The notes under the pieces are model-generated. The model was not told the origin of the DNA and searched no databases. It saw only the letters and a program-made list of their open reading frames with translations. DNA of 64,000 nucleotides from Chthonomonadales bacterium (GTDB lineage: Bacteria > Armatimonadota > Chthonomonadetes > Chthonomonadales > CAJBBX01), in the NCBI GenBank assembly GCA_049967475.1, contig JBMFSQ010000009.1:48322-112321 (forward strand), in the 5' to 3' direction. This document shows positions 19,165 through 28,331 of this stretch, in pieces; the stretch's first letter is position 1, and each line of letters starts with the position of its first letter. The position numbers and the translations under genes were made by a program.

Positions 19165-20250
19165 TCAATAGACACACTCCCTGGCAGCCGATGCGTAAGC
19201 CTCCAGGCTCCGTGGCGGCACGTGAAAGAAGTGGTCGCTTGGGCTCATTATATACCCGCCTCCAGGCCCATAGGCACAGAACATCTCAAGCACATGGGCC
19301 CGGATTTCTTCGGGCGTGCCGATCTCTAGGCTGTTGTTCTGGTCCAGGCCGCCGATAAGAGCAACCTTGCTTCCGATGCGGGCTTTGAGCTCTTTGGGCC
19401 TGGCATCCCCTCCCATGGCGGGGGGCGTGAGGGTTTCGCTTGCGTCGCAACCATTCTCGACGATCAGGTCCAGAATGGGCATCATGCCTCCGCATGTGTG
19501 GTACACCACCTTGTGCCCGATGGCATGGAGCGCATCGTGCATCCTTCGGTCGTAAGGCAGGCAGAACTCCCGATGGTATTTGGGCGAAATCACCGTGGAG
19601 CTGGCTGCGCCACCGCCCGTTTCGATGAGATCGTAGCGCGCTCCAGCCAGGCTCTCCTCAATGAAGCGTTCCTTGCGCTTCCACAATACCTCTAGAAACG
19701 CGTGCACCCAATCGGGATGATCTGCGGCTTCCATGATGAGTTCCTGCGTTCCGTAGAGGCACGTTGCGTCCTGCCAGCAGCCGCCTTGTTCCCCGCATAC
19801 GAAGCCGCGGAGGATGCCGTCGTCGCCCAGGGCATCGTAATCCCGTAGAAGCGCGTCCTTGTCCAGTTTGGGGATCGGCATATACTTGGCGATGAGCTCC
19901 AAGTCCTCGTGGCGCTTCATCAGGGGAGTGATGTTCCACCGGGTTACGGCATTCTGCCCTACAATGTGGGAGAGGACGCCGCCTGGGGTGGTTACGATTA
20001 CCTCGAAACGCTCTTCGCCGGGTGGAGCAGGAAGCGGCCGCGTGTCCACCACCCAGTCCGGAGACGTGTCCGGGATCACGGGGAAGCGCGCCAGGGATGC
20101 ATCGAGGCCGAACCTTCGGAACGCATCCAAGTCGCTGATGCCGCCCAAGTAGGTGTTGAGGTGGAACGGTTGCCATTGATGCACCGTAGCGGGCACACGG
20201 TCGGGAACTCCCAGTTGAAGGGCCGTGAGCATCCGCTCCTTGGAGGTCAC
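19165..20250 (-). CDS. UroD-family protein
   Basis: GTG start overlaps the upstream stop; (M)TSKERML...PDRVP; YHTCGG; IGGLDQ; GGGYIMSPSDH. Confidence 0.88.
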   Translation of the reverse strand: MTSKERMLTALQLGVPDRVPATVHQWQPFHLNTYLGGISDLDAFRRFGLDASLARFPVIPDTSPDWVVDTRPLPAPPGEERFEVIVTTPGGVLSHIVGQNAVTRWNITPLMKRHEDLELIAKYMPIPKLDKDALLRDYDALGDDGILRGFVCGEQGGCWQDATCLYGTQELIMEAADHPDWVHAFLEVLWKRKERFIEESLAGARYDLIETGGGAASSTVISPKYHREFCLPYDRRMHDALHAIGHKVVYHTCGGMMPILDLIVENGCDASETLTPPAMGGDARPKELKARIGSKVALIGGLDQNNSLEIGTPEEIRAHVLEMFCAYGPGGGYIMSPSDHFFHVPPRSLEAYASAARECVY

Positions 20251-21419
20251 CGCAATACCTTTATCCAGGTATGGGCATCTGTAAGGCGCTTGGGGCTGTT
20301 GGGATTGAGCTGCCCCATGGGTCTGAGATTGGGCAGGTTTCGTCCCCAAACCCGGCGAGCCTCCCGCAGGTAATGGAGGTAGTTGTCCAGGGACACATCG
20401 GCAGGGACGCGGTGATCGGGGGTGGGGATGTAACCACCCTCTTCCACCAGGGGAGCTAATCGTTCGACCTCCTGCGTAATGCCCTCTTTGGAGCCGGCCA
20501 AGATGCGCTTGCCCACACCGCCGATCATCAGGAGATCCTTGCCGTATTGCTTCCGATACGCCACCGGATCTGCACCCCACGTTCCCACTTCGATGGGGAA
20601 CATGCAATTGACGCCGCCCTCCAACCACAACGGCACGAGTTTGGAGATATCCCCGTCGCAATCCAGAACGAACACGTCCACGCCATAGCTGCGGAAAGTC
20701 TCGGTGATGCGCCGGTAATTGGGTACGAGAACTTCCTTGAAGATCTTGGGGGATAGGAGCGGCCCTGCCCGATAGCACATATCCTCCCACATAGACACGT
20801 ATTCGAAATGGATGCCGGACTTGAGAGCCGGGAGCACGGACTCAATGATGCAATCTGCCACGGTGCGCACCATCTCTTCAAACAGCGGCCGGTCGTCATA
20901 AACGAGCAGGGAGATGCGCTCCACACTCATGAGGTCGCGCAGTTTTCCGTACAGCGAACCTCCAGGGATCCCCAAAGGATAGTCGCGCTTCGGGTCGGTA
21001 TACCGCTTGACGTATTCCTGCCAGTTGGCGGGATAACGCCGGGGATCGCGCCCATCCAGGCGCCACTTTACCTCCTTCTCCCAGCTTGCCCGATCCTTGA
21101 GTGTGTGGTCCAAGTGGCGCGGGATAGAGCCCAGAAACTTGCCCTGCTCTTTGGTGACACCATCTCCGTCGCGCACGATGATCGTGTCTCCCCTGTCTTC
21201 CAAGACCACAGTCTCGAAGCCGGGACAGAGGAACGTGTTGATGGGCGCCACGATCCACTGGGGATCCATGCCGAACCACTCATCCAGGTTCACGCCCCTA
21301 GGTAGGCCATAATCCTGCCAAATGACAATCGTTTCGTCCCAAAAACCGAAGTCCATTATGGGGCAACGGTCTACCGGCCGAAAGTGCATGGTGGCATCGA
21401 AGCGCTCACGCGCGTTCAT
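20247..21419 (-). CDS. UroD-family protein
   Basis: MNARERF...VDRCP; WEDM; LLSP; LDCDG; GGYIPTPDHRVP. Confidence 0.88.
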   Translation of the reverse strand: MNARERFDATMHFRPVDRCPIMDFGFWDETIVIWQDYGLPRGVNLDEWFGMDPQWIVAPINTFLCPGFETVVLEDRGDTIIVRDGDGVTKEQGKFLGSIPRHLDHTLKDRASWEKEVKWRLDGRDPRRYPANWQEYVKRYTDPKRDYPLGIPGGSLYGKLRDLMSVERISLLVYDDRPLFEEMVRTVADCIIESVLPALKSGIHFEYVSMWEDMCYRAGPLLSPKIFKEVLVPNYRRITETFRSYGVDVFVLDCDGDISKLVPLWLEGGVNCMFPIEVGTWGADPVAYRKQYGKDLLMIGGVGKRILAGSKEGITQEVERLAPLVEEGGYIPTPDHRVPADVSLDNYLHYLREARRVWGRNLPNLRPMGQLNPNSPKRLTDAHTWIKVLR

Positions 21420-21524
21420 ACTTCGTTTCCCTTCTTCTTCTCTCTTTATCTTCCCGGATCCCCAACGCATCCCGCAAGCCCGGCCGAAAAGCACCCAACC
21501 GCGCGTCTCTTCCGTTGGCCCTTC

Positions 21525-22394
21525 TTACCGAAGCATCTTCGCGAGAGCTGCAATGAATTCAGGACCCGTCCCGCAACATCCCCCGATGAAGTCTGCCCCT
21601 CCCTCCACAAGCAACAAGGCGGCCTCTGCAAACTCTGTGGGACCCGTTTGGTAGACGGCCTTCCCATCTACGAGGACGGGCAGGCCTGCGTTTGGCTTGA
21701 TCCAACACGGGGCTGAGCTGGCTGCGCGGATGCGCCGGCAGACTTCCAGCATGTCCCGAGCGCCGACGCCGCAGTTAGCGCCCACAGATGTGGCTCCGGA
21801 TTGAAGCAATGCTTCTACCGCCTGTTCGGGCGTTACGCCCATCATAGTGCGATCCTTGTTGCGCCCGGCATCGAACACCATGCAGGCCACCACAGGCAGG
21901 CCGACTTCTACAGCAGCAGACACGGCGAGGCGTGCCTCTTCCAAATCTGTCATGGTCTCCACCACCACCGCATCGGCGCCGGCCTCGGCCATCGCCTGTG
22001 CCTGCTGAAGAAACGAGGCCCGCACCTCTTGGGGACTTACCTCGCCCATAGCCAGCATTTTCCCGGTAGGACCCATGGACGCGAAGACGCGGGCGGCTCC
22101 GGCTGCGGCGCGTCGAGAGATCTCCACACCGGCCCGGTTTATCGCATGCGCCTTATCTGCCAATCCGTGCCGCGCCAATGCGATGGACGAGGCGCCGAAC
22201 GTGTTGGTGAGGATCACGCGGCTGCCGGCAGCCACATACGCCCGGGCTACTTCCTCCACTCGGTCGGGATGGTGCAGGTTCCATACATCGGGACAGGCGC
22301 CGATCGGCAGTCCGCGCGCTTGGAGCTGGGTACCCCAGGCACCATCGGTGAGTACAGGCCGCTCCGCGGCGAGTTCCTCGATTACATTAGGCAA
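21525..22394 (-). CDS. Stand-alone homocysteine S-methyltransferase domain (MetH N-terminal / BHMT-like)
   Basis: DGAWGTQL; TNTFGA; ETMTD; GANCG; KPNAGLP; IGGCCGT zinc motif. Confidence 0.93.
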   Translation of the reverse strand: MPNVIEELAAERPVLTDGAWGTQLQARGLPIGACPDVWNLHHPDRVEEVARAYVAAGSRVILTNTFGASSIALARHGLADKAHAINRAGVEISRRAAAGAARVFASMGPTGKMLAMGEVSPQEVRASFLQQAQAMAEAGADAVVVETMTDLEEARLAVSAAVEVGLPVVACMVFDAGRNKDRTMMGVTPEQAVEALLQSGATSVGANCGVGARDMLEVCRRIRAASSAPCWIKPNAGLPVLVDGKAVYQTGPTEFAEAALLLVEGGADFIGGCCGTGPEFIAALAKMLR

Positions 22395-22455
22395 GAAGAT
22401 GTCCTCCGCGGTTCATAGGTTCAGGGATCATGCGGTGCGCCGGCCGACACGGAGA

Positions 22456-23868
22456 TTACCCTTCCAGGCAGTACTCCCGGGGCAGATACGGCGCATCGGC
22501 CAGGGCGGGCATCATTTCGGCGATGAAGCGCTCTTCATCCTCCGGCAGACTGTCGGCCTCGCGGGAAAGGCGATCCAACCAGCGCGTCTCGTTGGCTGGG
22601 ATGTGCACTTCGCCGGCGGCTTTCCCGCGCCTTAGTTCTTCCAGTGCAGCAAGCACGGCACGGCGCGTGCGCAGGTACGGCGTGGCTTCCGCGGCGATAG
22701 CAGAAGACACTCGCAGGACTACGTCGGGCCGCAGTACATACGCCTGGGCGTCCCGCGGGGCGTCGGATTCGGAGAGCCAATCCCGCAACACCTGAGCTCC
22801 TCCGGGATGGGATGCAGCTACGTTCATCAACCGGCAGTCGTAGACCAATTGCTCCAGGCTCACTGTAGGAGCATTGGTGGAGAGCAGGCGCACGTTCTGC
22901 ATCGATTCGTTGGACCAGCAATCGCACACAGCCTGGGACACATTCCCTACGGGGCTCAGGTGTGCACCTGCTGCCGTACGTCCTTCCATGGAGATGGGGA
23001 CGCCGGCAATCGCCTTGATGTAGGGTCCTTCGTAGGCGCAATCTTTGCTGGGCCCTATAGCCCCTGTCTCATAGGCCACGAGGCCGCGCGGAACCGACGC
23101 CACCCGCACCACGGCAGCAAACACCGTAGGGATCATATGCTTGTCTGCCAGCACCATAGCCGTGTTGGCAAAGCCGCAGGCCGTGTCGCCGGAAGGAACG
23201 ATGCCGCCCTCCCGGCATGCAGACACGATCTCCCCCCACAAAAAGCGCATGTCCCGCGGCGCCAGCACGCCCAAGGCGAACACCATCGTGCGAAGATCGG
23301 CCTGCATCAAGCCCTCGTCACTGATCTCCTTTCCGCCTGTGGACTCGATGGCGATAAGGTCCGCCCCGGCCTTTGCCGCCGTGTGGAACAGTTCTACCAT
23401 GCCCTCCCAGTAGTATCCGCCGCGCATGCGGGGAGGCCGCACATGATCCCGCGTGTCGTTGGGAGTAAGGCGTAGCGCCGCTCTTAGTCCGTGCTTCTCA
23501 AAGGCCCTCTCGAGGTTTTCAGCCAACAGCGAAGTGATCTCGGCGCCCCACTTCGGATGCACCGTCATAGGGGGAAGCGTCTCGAACTCTACGAGTAGGT
23601 CCTCTACCCCAAGCTCCACCGCGCGCTGGGTCACGCCGCTGATCATCTCGGTGTATTGGCGCCGGATCTCAGCCCAGTTCTCTTCGTTGATGTCTATAGG
23701 CGGCAGGGTAAAGTTGATCTCAGGGATCACTCTGCCCGCGCCGATCACCAACCCTCGGCCGCATTGCACGGGGCGCGGCGCAATCCCAAAAACGAAATCA
23801 TCCAGGCTGGTAATCGCCAGGGCCGAGCCACTCTGCAGCTCTGCAGCCTCCGATGTACAAGCCGTCAT
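22456..23868 (-). CDS. mtaB: Methanol:corrinoid methyltransferase MtaB homolog
   Basis: IGAG.VIPEIN; ADLIAIESTGGKE; GDTACGFANTAM; GPSKDCAYE; CDCWSNES; these match the MtaB blocks carrying the Glu/Cys/Cys zinc ligands. Confidence 0.88.
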   Translation of the reverse strand: MTACTSEAAELQSGSALAITSLDDFVFGIAPRPVQCGRGLVIGAGRVIPEINFTLPPIDINEENWAEIRRQYTEMISGVTQRAVELGVEDLLVEFETLPPMTVHPKWGAEITSLLAENLERAFEKHGLRAALRLTPNDTRDHVRPPRMRGGYYWEGMVELFHTAAKAGADLIAIESTGGKEISDEGLMQADLRTMVFALGVLAPRDMRFLWGEIVSACREGGIVPSGDTACGFANTAMVLADKHMIPTVFAAVVRVASVPRGLVAYETGAIGPSKDCAYEGPYIKAIAGVPISMEGRTAAGAHLSPVGNVSQAVCDCWSNESMQNVRLLSTNAPTVSLEQLVYDCRLMNVAASHPGGAQVLRDWLSESDAPRDAQAYVLRPDVVLRVSSAIAAEATPYLRTRRAVLAALEELRRGKAAGEVHIPANETRWLDRLSREADSLPEDEERFIAEMMPALADAPYLPREYCLEG

Positions 23869-23881
23869 GGGGCACCTCCTC

Positions 23882-24517
23882 TCACGCTGCCACGAGCTCC
23901 CGTGCTACGCGCACCGCTCCGCTGGCATTGTCGCTGAAGCCGTCGGCGCCAATTTCGTCGGCGTAACGCTGCGTCACAGGCGCCCCGCCGATCATTACCT
24001 TCACCCGGTCGCGAATGCCTGCCTCCTTGAGCGCCTCGATGGTGGTCTTCATCCCAGGCATCGTTGTAGTAAGTAATGCGGACACGGCTACGATCTGCGC
24101 ACCCTTCTCCTGTACTGTTTGCACGAAGCGCTCGGGGCTCACATCCACACCCAGGTCAATCACTTCGAAACCGCCGCCCTCCAACATCGCGGCCACGAGG
24201 TTCTTGCCGATATCGTGCAGGTCCCCCCGTACGGTGCCTATCACCACCTTCCCCACCGGCTTGGCGCCGGTACCCACCAGGATCGGCTTGACGATCTCTA
24301 GTGCGCCTTTCATAGCCCGCGCCGCGATGAGGAGCTCAGGAACGAAGTACTCGTTGGCTTCAAACAAACGACCCACCTCATCCATGGCTGGGATCATGTA
24401 GTCATTCAGCAGCGTTTGGGGATCCACCCCCTCGTTGATTGCCTGTTGCGTCACCGCCTTCGCAGTCGGCGCATCACCCTCGAGGATCGCCGTGTACAAC
24501 GGCTTCAGATCGGTCAT
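23882..24517 (-). CDS. Methyltransferase corrinoid protein (MtaC/MttC-like)
   Basis: Cap domain M..VG..FE..EYFVPEL..AA.AM; GDLHDIGKNLV; SALLTTT; IGGAPV. Confidence 0.95.
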   Translation of the reverse strand: MTDLKPLYTAILEGDAPTAKAVTQQAINEGVDPQTLLNDYMIPAMDEVGRLFEANEYFVPELLIAARAMKGALEIVKPILVGTGAKPVGKVVIGTVRGDLHDIGKNLVAAMLEGGGFEVIDLGVDVSPERFVQTVQEKGAQIVAVSALLTTTMPGMKTTIEALKEAGIRDRVKVMIGGAPVTQRYADEIGADGFSDNASGAVRVARELVAA

Positions 24518-24570
24518 TGCCCTTTCCTTTCGGACTGCACGTGGTATGGTTCATTCGCGGAGCAGAATGC

Positions 24571-24834
24571 TCAACGATAAGGCCCATTAAAAAGGAAGTC
24601 TCCACGGTTTGGTGCCACAGCGTATGCGCGGGCGAGCGACACGGGATCCACTTCGATGGCTTGCTCCGGACACACGGCGATGCAGCGCGCCGGCGCGGCC
24701 ATCCCCGCGCAATCCGTGCACCGGTCCGCAGCGACAAGGTAAGTGCCAAGGATTTCGGTAACCGCACCTATGGGACATGCCTCCAGACACGCGCCACAGC
24801 GGGTGCACCGTTCTTGCACAATGTGTTTCGCCAT
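24571..24834 (-). CDS. 2[4Fe-4S] ferredoxin
   Basis: CTRCGACLEACP and CTDC-X8-CIAVCP; RBS GGAGG. Confidence 0.9.
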   Translation of the reverse strand: MAKHIVQERCTRCGACLEACPIGAVTEILGTYLVAADRCTDCAGMAAPARCIAVCPEQAIEVDPVSLARAYAVAPNRGDFLFNGPYR

Positions 24835-24880
24835 GGAACGCCTCCATTCCCTCGGGGGAATTCCGACGATGCCCTCAACT

Positions 24881-24901
24881 CTCTGTCAAAGATTAACAGA
24901 G
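24881..24901. promoter_or_regulatory. Palindromic candidate operator overlapping a minus-strand TTGACA
   Basis: CTCTGTCAAAGATTAACAGAG; 8 of 10 positions pair; about 47 bp upstream of the ferredoxin ATG. Confidence 0.45.
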
Positions 24902-25040
24902 CTCATCGCCCCAAACAATAGTAAGGTGGTACTTCCCTTCGGTACTCCAGTACGCCTGCGCCGCGGGACGCACAAAAGCGAAACCAGATGCACAGGTCCA
25001 ATTTCCCTCCAGCCCATTATGGATGAAGCGTCCGCTGACG

Positions 25041-27680
25041 TCAACCCCCCGCGCGCCGCACGAGCACCCGAACCTGATAGGGCCCCATCGTAACCCGGAA
25101 GGGACCATCGGCAACGATCCTCTCGCCGCCCATCGCATCTTCCCAAACAACCTTCCCTGAACCCGAAAGAAGCCTCACAGTGGACCGGACCGATGCCGCG
25201 TTGAAACTGATGAGCACAAGCGCCACGCTCCTCCCCGCCTTCCGCAAACATGCGAACACTCCGCCGGATGCTGCCACCCCACCCGTGTCACACGAACCCC
25301 GAGCCAGCGCCGGTATCCGCCGCTTAAGCCCATAGATGCGGCGCAGGAACTCAACACTGGAGGGCCCCACACCCTTCTTGTAGATCGAAGGGTCTTCATC
25401 GCCCTGGTAGAGCATGGGCACGCCGTCAATCAGCGCGCAAAGTGCCATCAATGCGTGCATCTTCTGGAGCCCATACACTTGGAGCGGTCTTTTCTTTTGA
25501 AACGTCCACGACACGGTGTCGTGGTTGCTGATCCACCGCATCTTGAGGGCGCCAGGCGGCAACGTCAAAGCCTGGTCATGAAGGAATTGCTGCAGCGCGC
25601 GCGCCCATTCTGCAGGCGCGGCATTGCGATCCTGCAGGTCCATCATCAGGAAATAGAGCTGGGCATCGTACGTAAGGTCTGCGTCCCGGTAGAAGATATT
25701 AGCGCCTGTATATTCCTCCGGGAGGAGCAGCGCATAGGGATGCACTTGAAGGAACCCCTGCCGAATGGCATGGTCCATTGCCAAGCCGCCGCCGAGCGTC
25801 GAGAAGCTGGGCCGCTTGCCGGGAACAGGCTGCCAGTTGACTGGGCTGCCCGCTGCCACATCCACGCGTGCGCCGACTGCACCGTATTCCCGTGCATCCC
25901 ATGCCGCTACCCGGCGCATGTAATCCTGCCATCCCGGGTTGGCATAGTCGAAGGACACTTGGCCCCACTTGTAGTGCGCCGACCCGTCGGGGTTTCGGCA
26001 AATCCAGTCCGGGTGGTCCCGCGCCAAGGGAGTGATGTCCGGCGGCCCGTGGGGTACTAAATCGAATATGAGCCGAATCCCGGCTTGTGCACAGGTTGCC
26101 GACAGCTCCTTCAACTCTTCGGGAGTGCCGTAGAGAGGGCTGATCTTGAAATGGTCGAAGGGAGAATAGAGGTTCCAGCGCGTTCCGTCGCCATGTTCCC
26201 ATATGGGCAGAAGCCAGAGCAAGGTGATGCCCATGCGCTTCAATACCGGGACGTACTCACGCAGCCGATTGAAGCCGCCGTACCCCCGGAAGTTCATCTC
26301 GGGCGTGCCGCCTGGATGCCCGCAATACATCACCTGCTCGCTCAGCCTGGGCAGCCCCCGGCTCGGGGCTTTCAGGCCGATATCGGAATAGACGCTTTGC
26401 ACGCCGCGGAGGACGGCATCCCGGGTGCCGTGCATCAACCACAAGTACTGAACACCCAAGGCAACGCCCTCGCCAGGCTTGAGGGGCGCCAGAATGTTCT
26501 GGGTATGCCGGATCTCGGCACCGTCGCCTCGGCGCACCACGGATACCGGCGTGTACTCTTCTTCGCAATGAAACCACGTCCCTACTCCGCACCGATCTCT
26601 CGCAGACCAAAGAATGGCAAGGGGGTCCTGGGAGCGCGGTGCGATCGCGCCGCCCTCCAACATCCTGTTCACGGGACTGTCCCCAACAGGAAGACTGCCT
26701 GGGAAGGCTATGGCCTCATCGGGGCCAACCCGGATGGGCGGTGTACACAGAGAGGTGGCGCTGAGCGTTTTTGACGTGGACCCTACGTTCCGAACGAAGA
26801 GCTGCCGCAGGATCCACGGCCGCCGCGGAGGAACGACATAGCGAAGCGTGTATTCCCAACCGTCCGATCGCGTGGTTAATTCCAGGGTGGTACCCTCACG
26901 TGAGCGGCGCACCGCAAAGGCGGAAAGAGGCGAAATTGGAGCTTCTCCTCCTCGCAATGCAGGGGAGACGCCGATAGCGACAGGCCCTCCGATACCCCCG
27001 TCGTAGGCTCCGTTGGTCACCTTGATCAAGAGCACATTGGGGCGATCGGGACGGAGCACTCGCGCCGGAACCGAGTAGCGGCGAGGCACCTCCCAATGAT
27101 GCGGGGTCTCGGGACCTGTGGATCCTACCTCCACACCGTTGACGTACGTCGTGTCGAAGTCGTCTACAGAACCGATGAGCAGAACCAGGTTCCTGCCTGC
27201 CCATGCGTGAGGGATCGAGAACTGCGTGCGGTACCAGAAATTGCCGATGCGGTTGTGGAGGCGATCGTCGCCCGCCCCGCGGACGCTTGGGATTGGGGTG
27301 GGGTGCCATTGAAGAACATCGAAGCGGCCCTTCAGCAGCGCACCGGCTTCTGAGGCTTCGGAAGTCCCAGGCGCAAAGACCCACTGCCCCTCCAAAGACA
27401 CCGCGTCCCCTCGATCAATGGCGCGCCGGATGGATGCACCATTAGGAGGCTTCGGAACCGACACGCCTAAAACCGCCCGGAGTGGCGCATCTACGAGCAG
27501 GTTGCGGCCCGAAGCCAAGTCGAGCCATTCCACCCAACCGCCGGATGCGCGGTCAAACGAAAGCCGGAAGTACTTGTTTTGAAGCACAATCGGCGCATCC
27601 ATGGTACGCCCGGGCAGGGAAGCGCACGGGATCGCCAACAGGAAGGGCCCCAAGATCGCTCCTTGCCGCCATTTCCTCAT
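25041..27680 (-). CDS. Secreted GH13 (alpha-amylase family) protein with N-terminal beta-sandwich and jelly-roll sugar-binding domains
   Basis: LWLLPIWE; YGTPEELK; LIFDLVPH; GARVDVA (nucleophile), LPEEY, SNHDT; WYRTQF...GSVDDFD.TYVNG jelly-roll. Confidence 0.8.
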   Translation of the reverse strand: MRKWRQGAILGPFLLAIPCASLPGRTMDAPIVLQNKYFRLSFDRASGGWVEWLDLASGRNLLVDAPLRAVLGVSVPKPPNGASIRRAIDRGDAVSLEGQWVFAPGTSEASEAGALLKGRFDVLQWHPTPIPSVRGAGDDRLHNRIGNFWYRTQFSIPHAWAGRNLVLLIGSVDDFDTTYVNGVEVGSTGPETPHHWEVPRRYSVPARVLRPDRPNVLLIKVTNGAYDGGIGGPVAIGVSPALRGGEAPISPLSAFAVRRSREGTTLELTTRSDGWEYTLRYVVPPRRPWILRQLFVRNVGSTSKTLSATSLCTPPIRVGPDEAIAFPGSLPVGDSPVNRMLEGGAIAPRSQDPLAILWSARDRCGVGTWFHCEEEYTPVSVVRRGDGAEIRHTQNILAPLKPGEGVALGVQYLWLMHGTRDAVLRGVQSVYSDIGLKAPSRGLPRLSEQVMYCGHPGGTPEMNFRGYGGFNRLREYVPVLKRMGITLLWLLPIWEHGDGTRWNLYSPFDHFKISPLYGTPEELKELSATCAQAGIRLIFDLVPHGPPDITPLARDHPDWICRNPDGSAHYKWGQVSFDYANPGWQDYMRRVAAWDAREYGAVGARVDVAAGSPVNWQPVPGKRPSFSTLGGGLAMDHAIRQGFLQVHPYALLLPEEYTGANIFYRDADLTYDAQLYFLMMDLQDRNAAPAEWARALQQFLHDQALTLPPGALKMRWISNHDTVSWTFQKKRPLQVYGLQKMHALMALCALIDGVPMLYQGDEDPSIYKKGVGPSSVEFLRRIYGLKRRIPALARGSCDTGGVAASGGVFACLRKAGRSVALVLISFNAASVRSTVRLLSGSGKVVWEDAMGGERIVADGPFRVTMGPYQVRVLVRRAGG

Positions 27681-27734
27681 TGCATTGCCCTGCAGCCGAA
27701 CAACGGGAAGTGCCTGATCGTACGAGGTCTGCCG

Positions 27735-28250
27735 TTAGAGGTGGATACGAGCGCCCAGCATCAGAACCGTAACGCTTCGCACGGCCACCAAATCCGCTTC
27801 GACGCCTACATAGCGTGACAGGTTGTAGCCCCCTATGAGCTTGATGCCCACATCACGAAACCTGCCGCCCCAATTGCGAACCGTCATGAGGCTCACACCC
27901 CCTCCGAAGTAGAGCGGGTGCTCCACATTGATTTGCGAAAGCGCAAAACCCCGGCCGATCTGCCGCCCGTTGTCACCCCAAAGCACGCCGGACCGCCAAT
28001 CGTCGTAATCGAGGCGTCCCATCCAGCCTCGATCCACGCCAAGGCCCGTCGAAGCGAAGTCCACGCCCCCAAGCACTCCACCAAGATTATTGTTGGTGAA
28101 GCCTACGCGCAAACCAAGTTCCACACGGCGAGCGTGCCACGGCAGGTCGTTGCCGGATGCGCGCGCCCACACGGGCACCCCTGTGGCTGCCGTCAGGATC
28201 GCCGCAGCAACCCCCCACCGCGCCAATCGTTTCATCCAAGTGACACTCAT
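27735..28250 (-). CDS. Small outer-membrane beta-barrel-like protein
   Basis: Signal peptide; alternating strands YFGGGVS, IKLIGGYNL, VGVEADL and C-terminal LGARIHL; RBS GAGGAG. Confidence 0.6.
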   Translation of the reverse strand: MSVTWMKRLARWGVAAAILTAATGVPVWARASGNDLPWHARRVELGLRVGFTNNNLGGVLGGVDFASTGLGVDRGWMGRLDYDDWRSGVLWGDNGRQIGRGFALSQINVEHPLYFGGGVSLMTVRNWGGRFRDVGIKLIGGYNLSRYVGVEADLVAVRSVTVLMLGARIHL

Positions 28251-28331
28251 AGAACTCCTCGCAAAGCGACACCTTCTGCTTCCCACACGGGGGATCACAG
28301 TAGGTGTGCCGCCTCCTAGATGCTGTATTTG

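Noticed and set aside
24902..25040. Possible cobalamin riboswitch upstream of the corrinoid cluster (minus-strand AGGGAA...CCCGC...ACTG...GGGAAG)
   Set aside because: The GGTGxAAxTCC loop, the GCxACTGT element and the AGxCxGxAxACC B12 box are not recognisable; an Rfam scan would be needed
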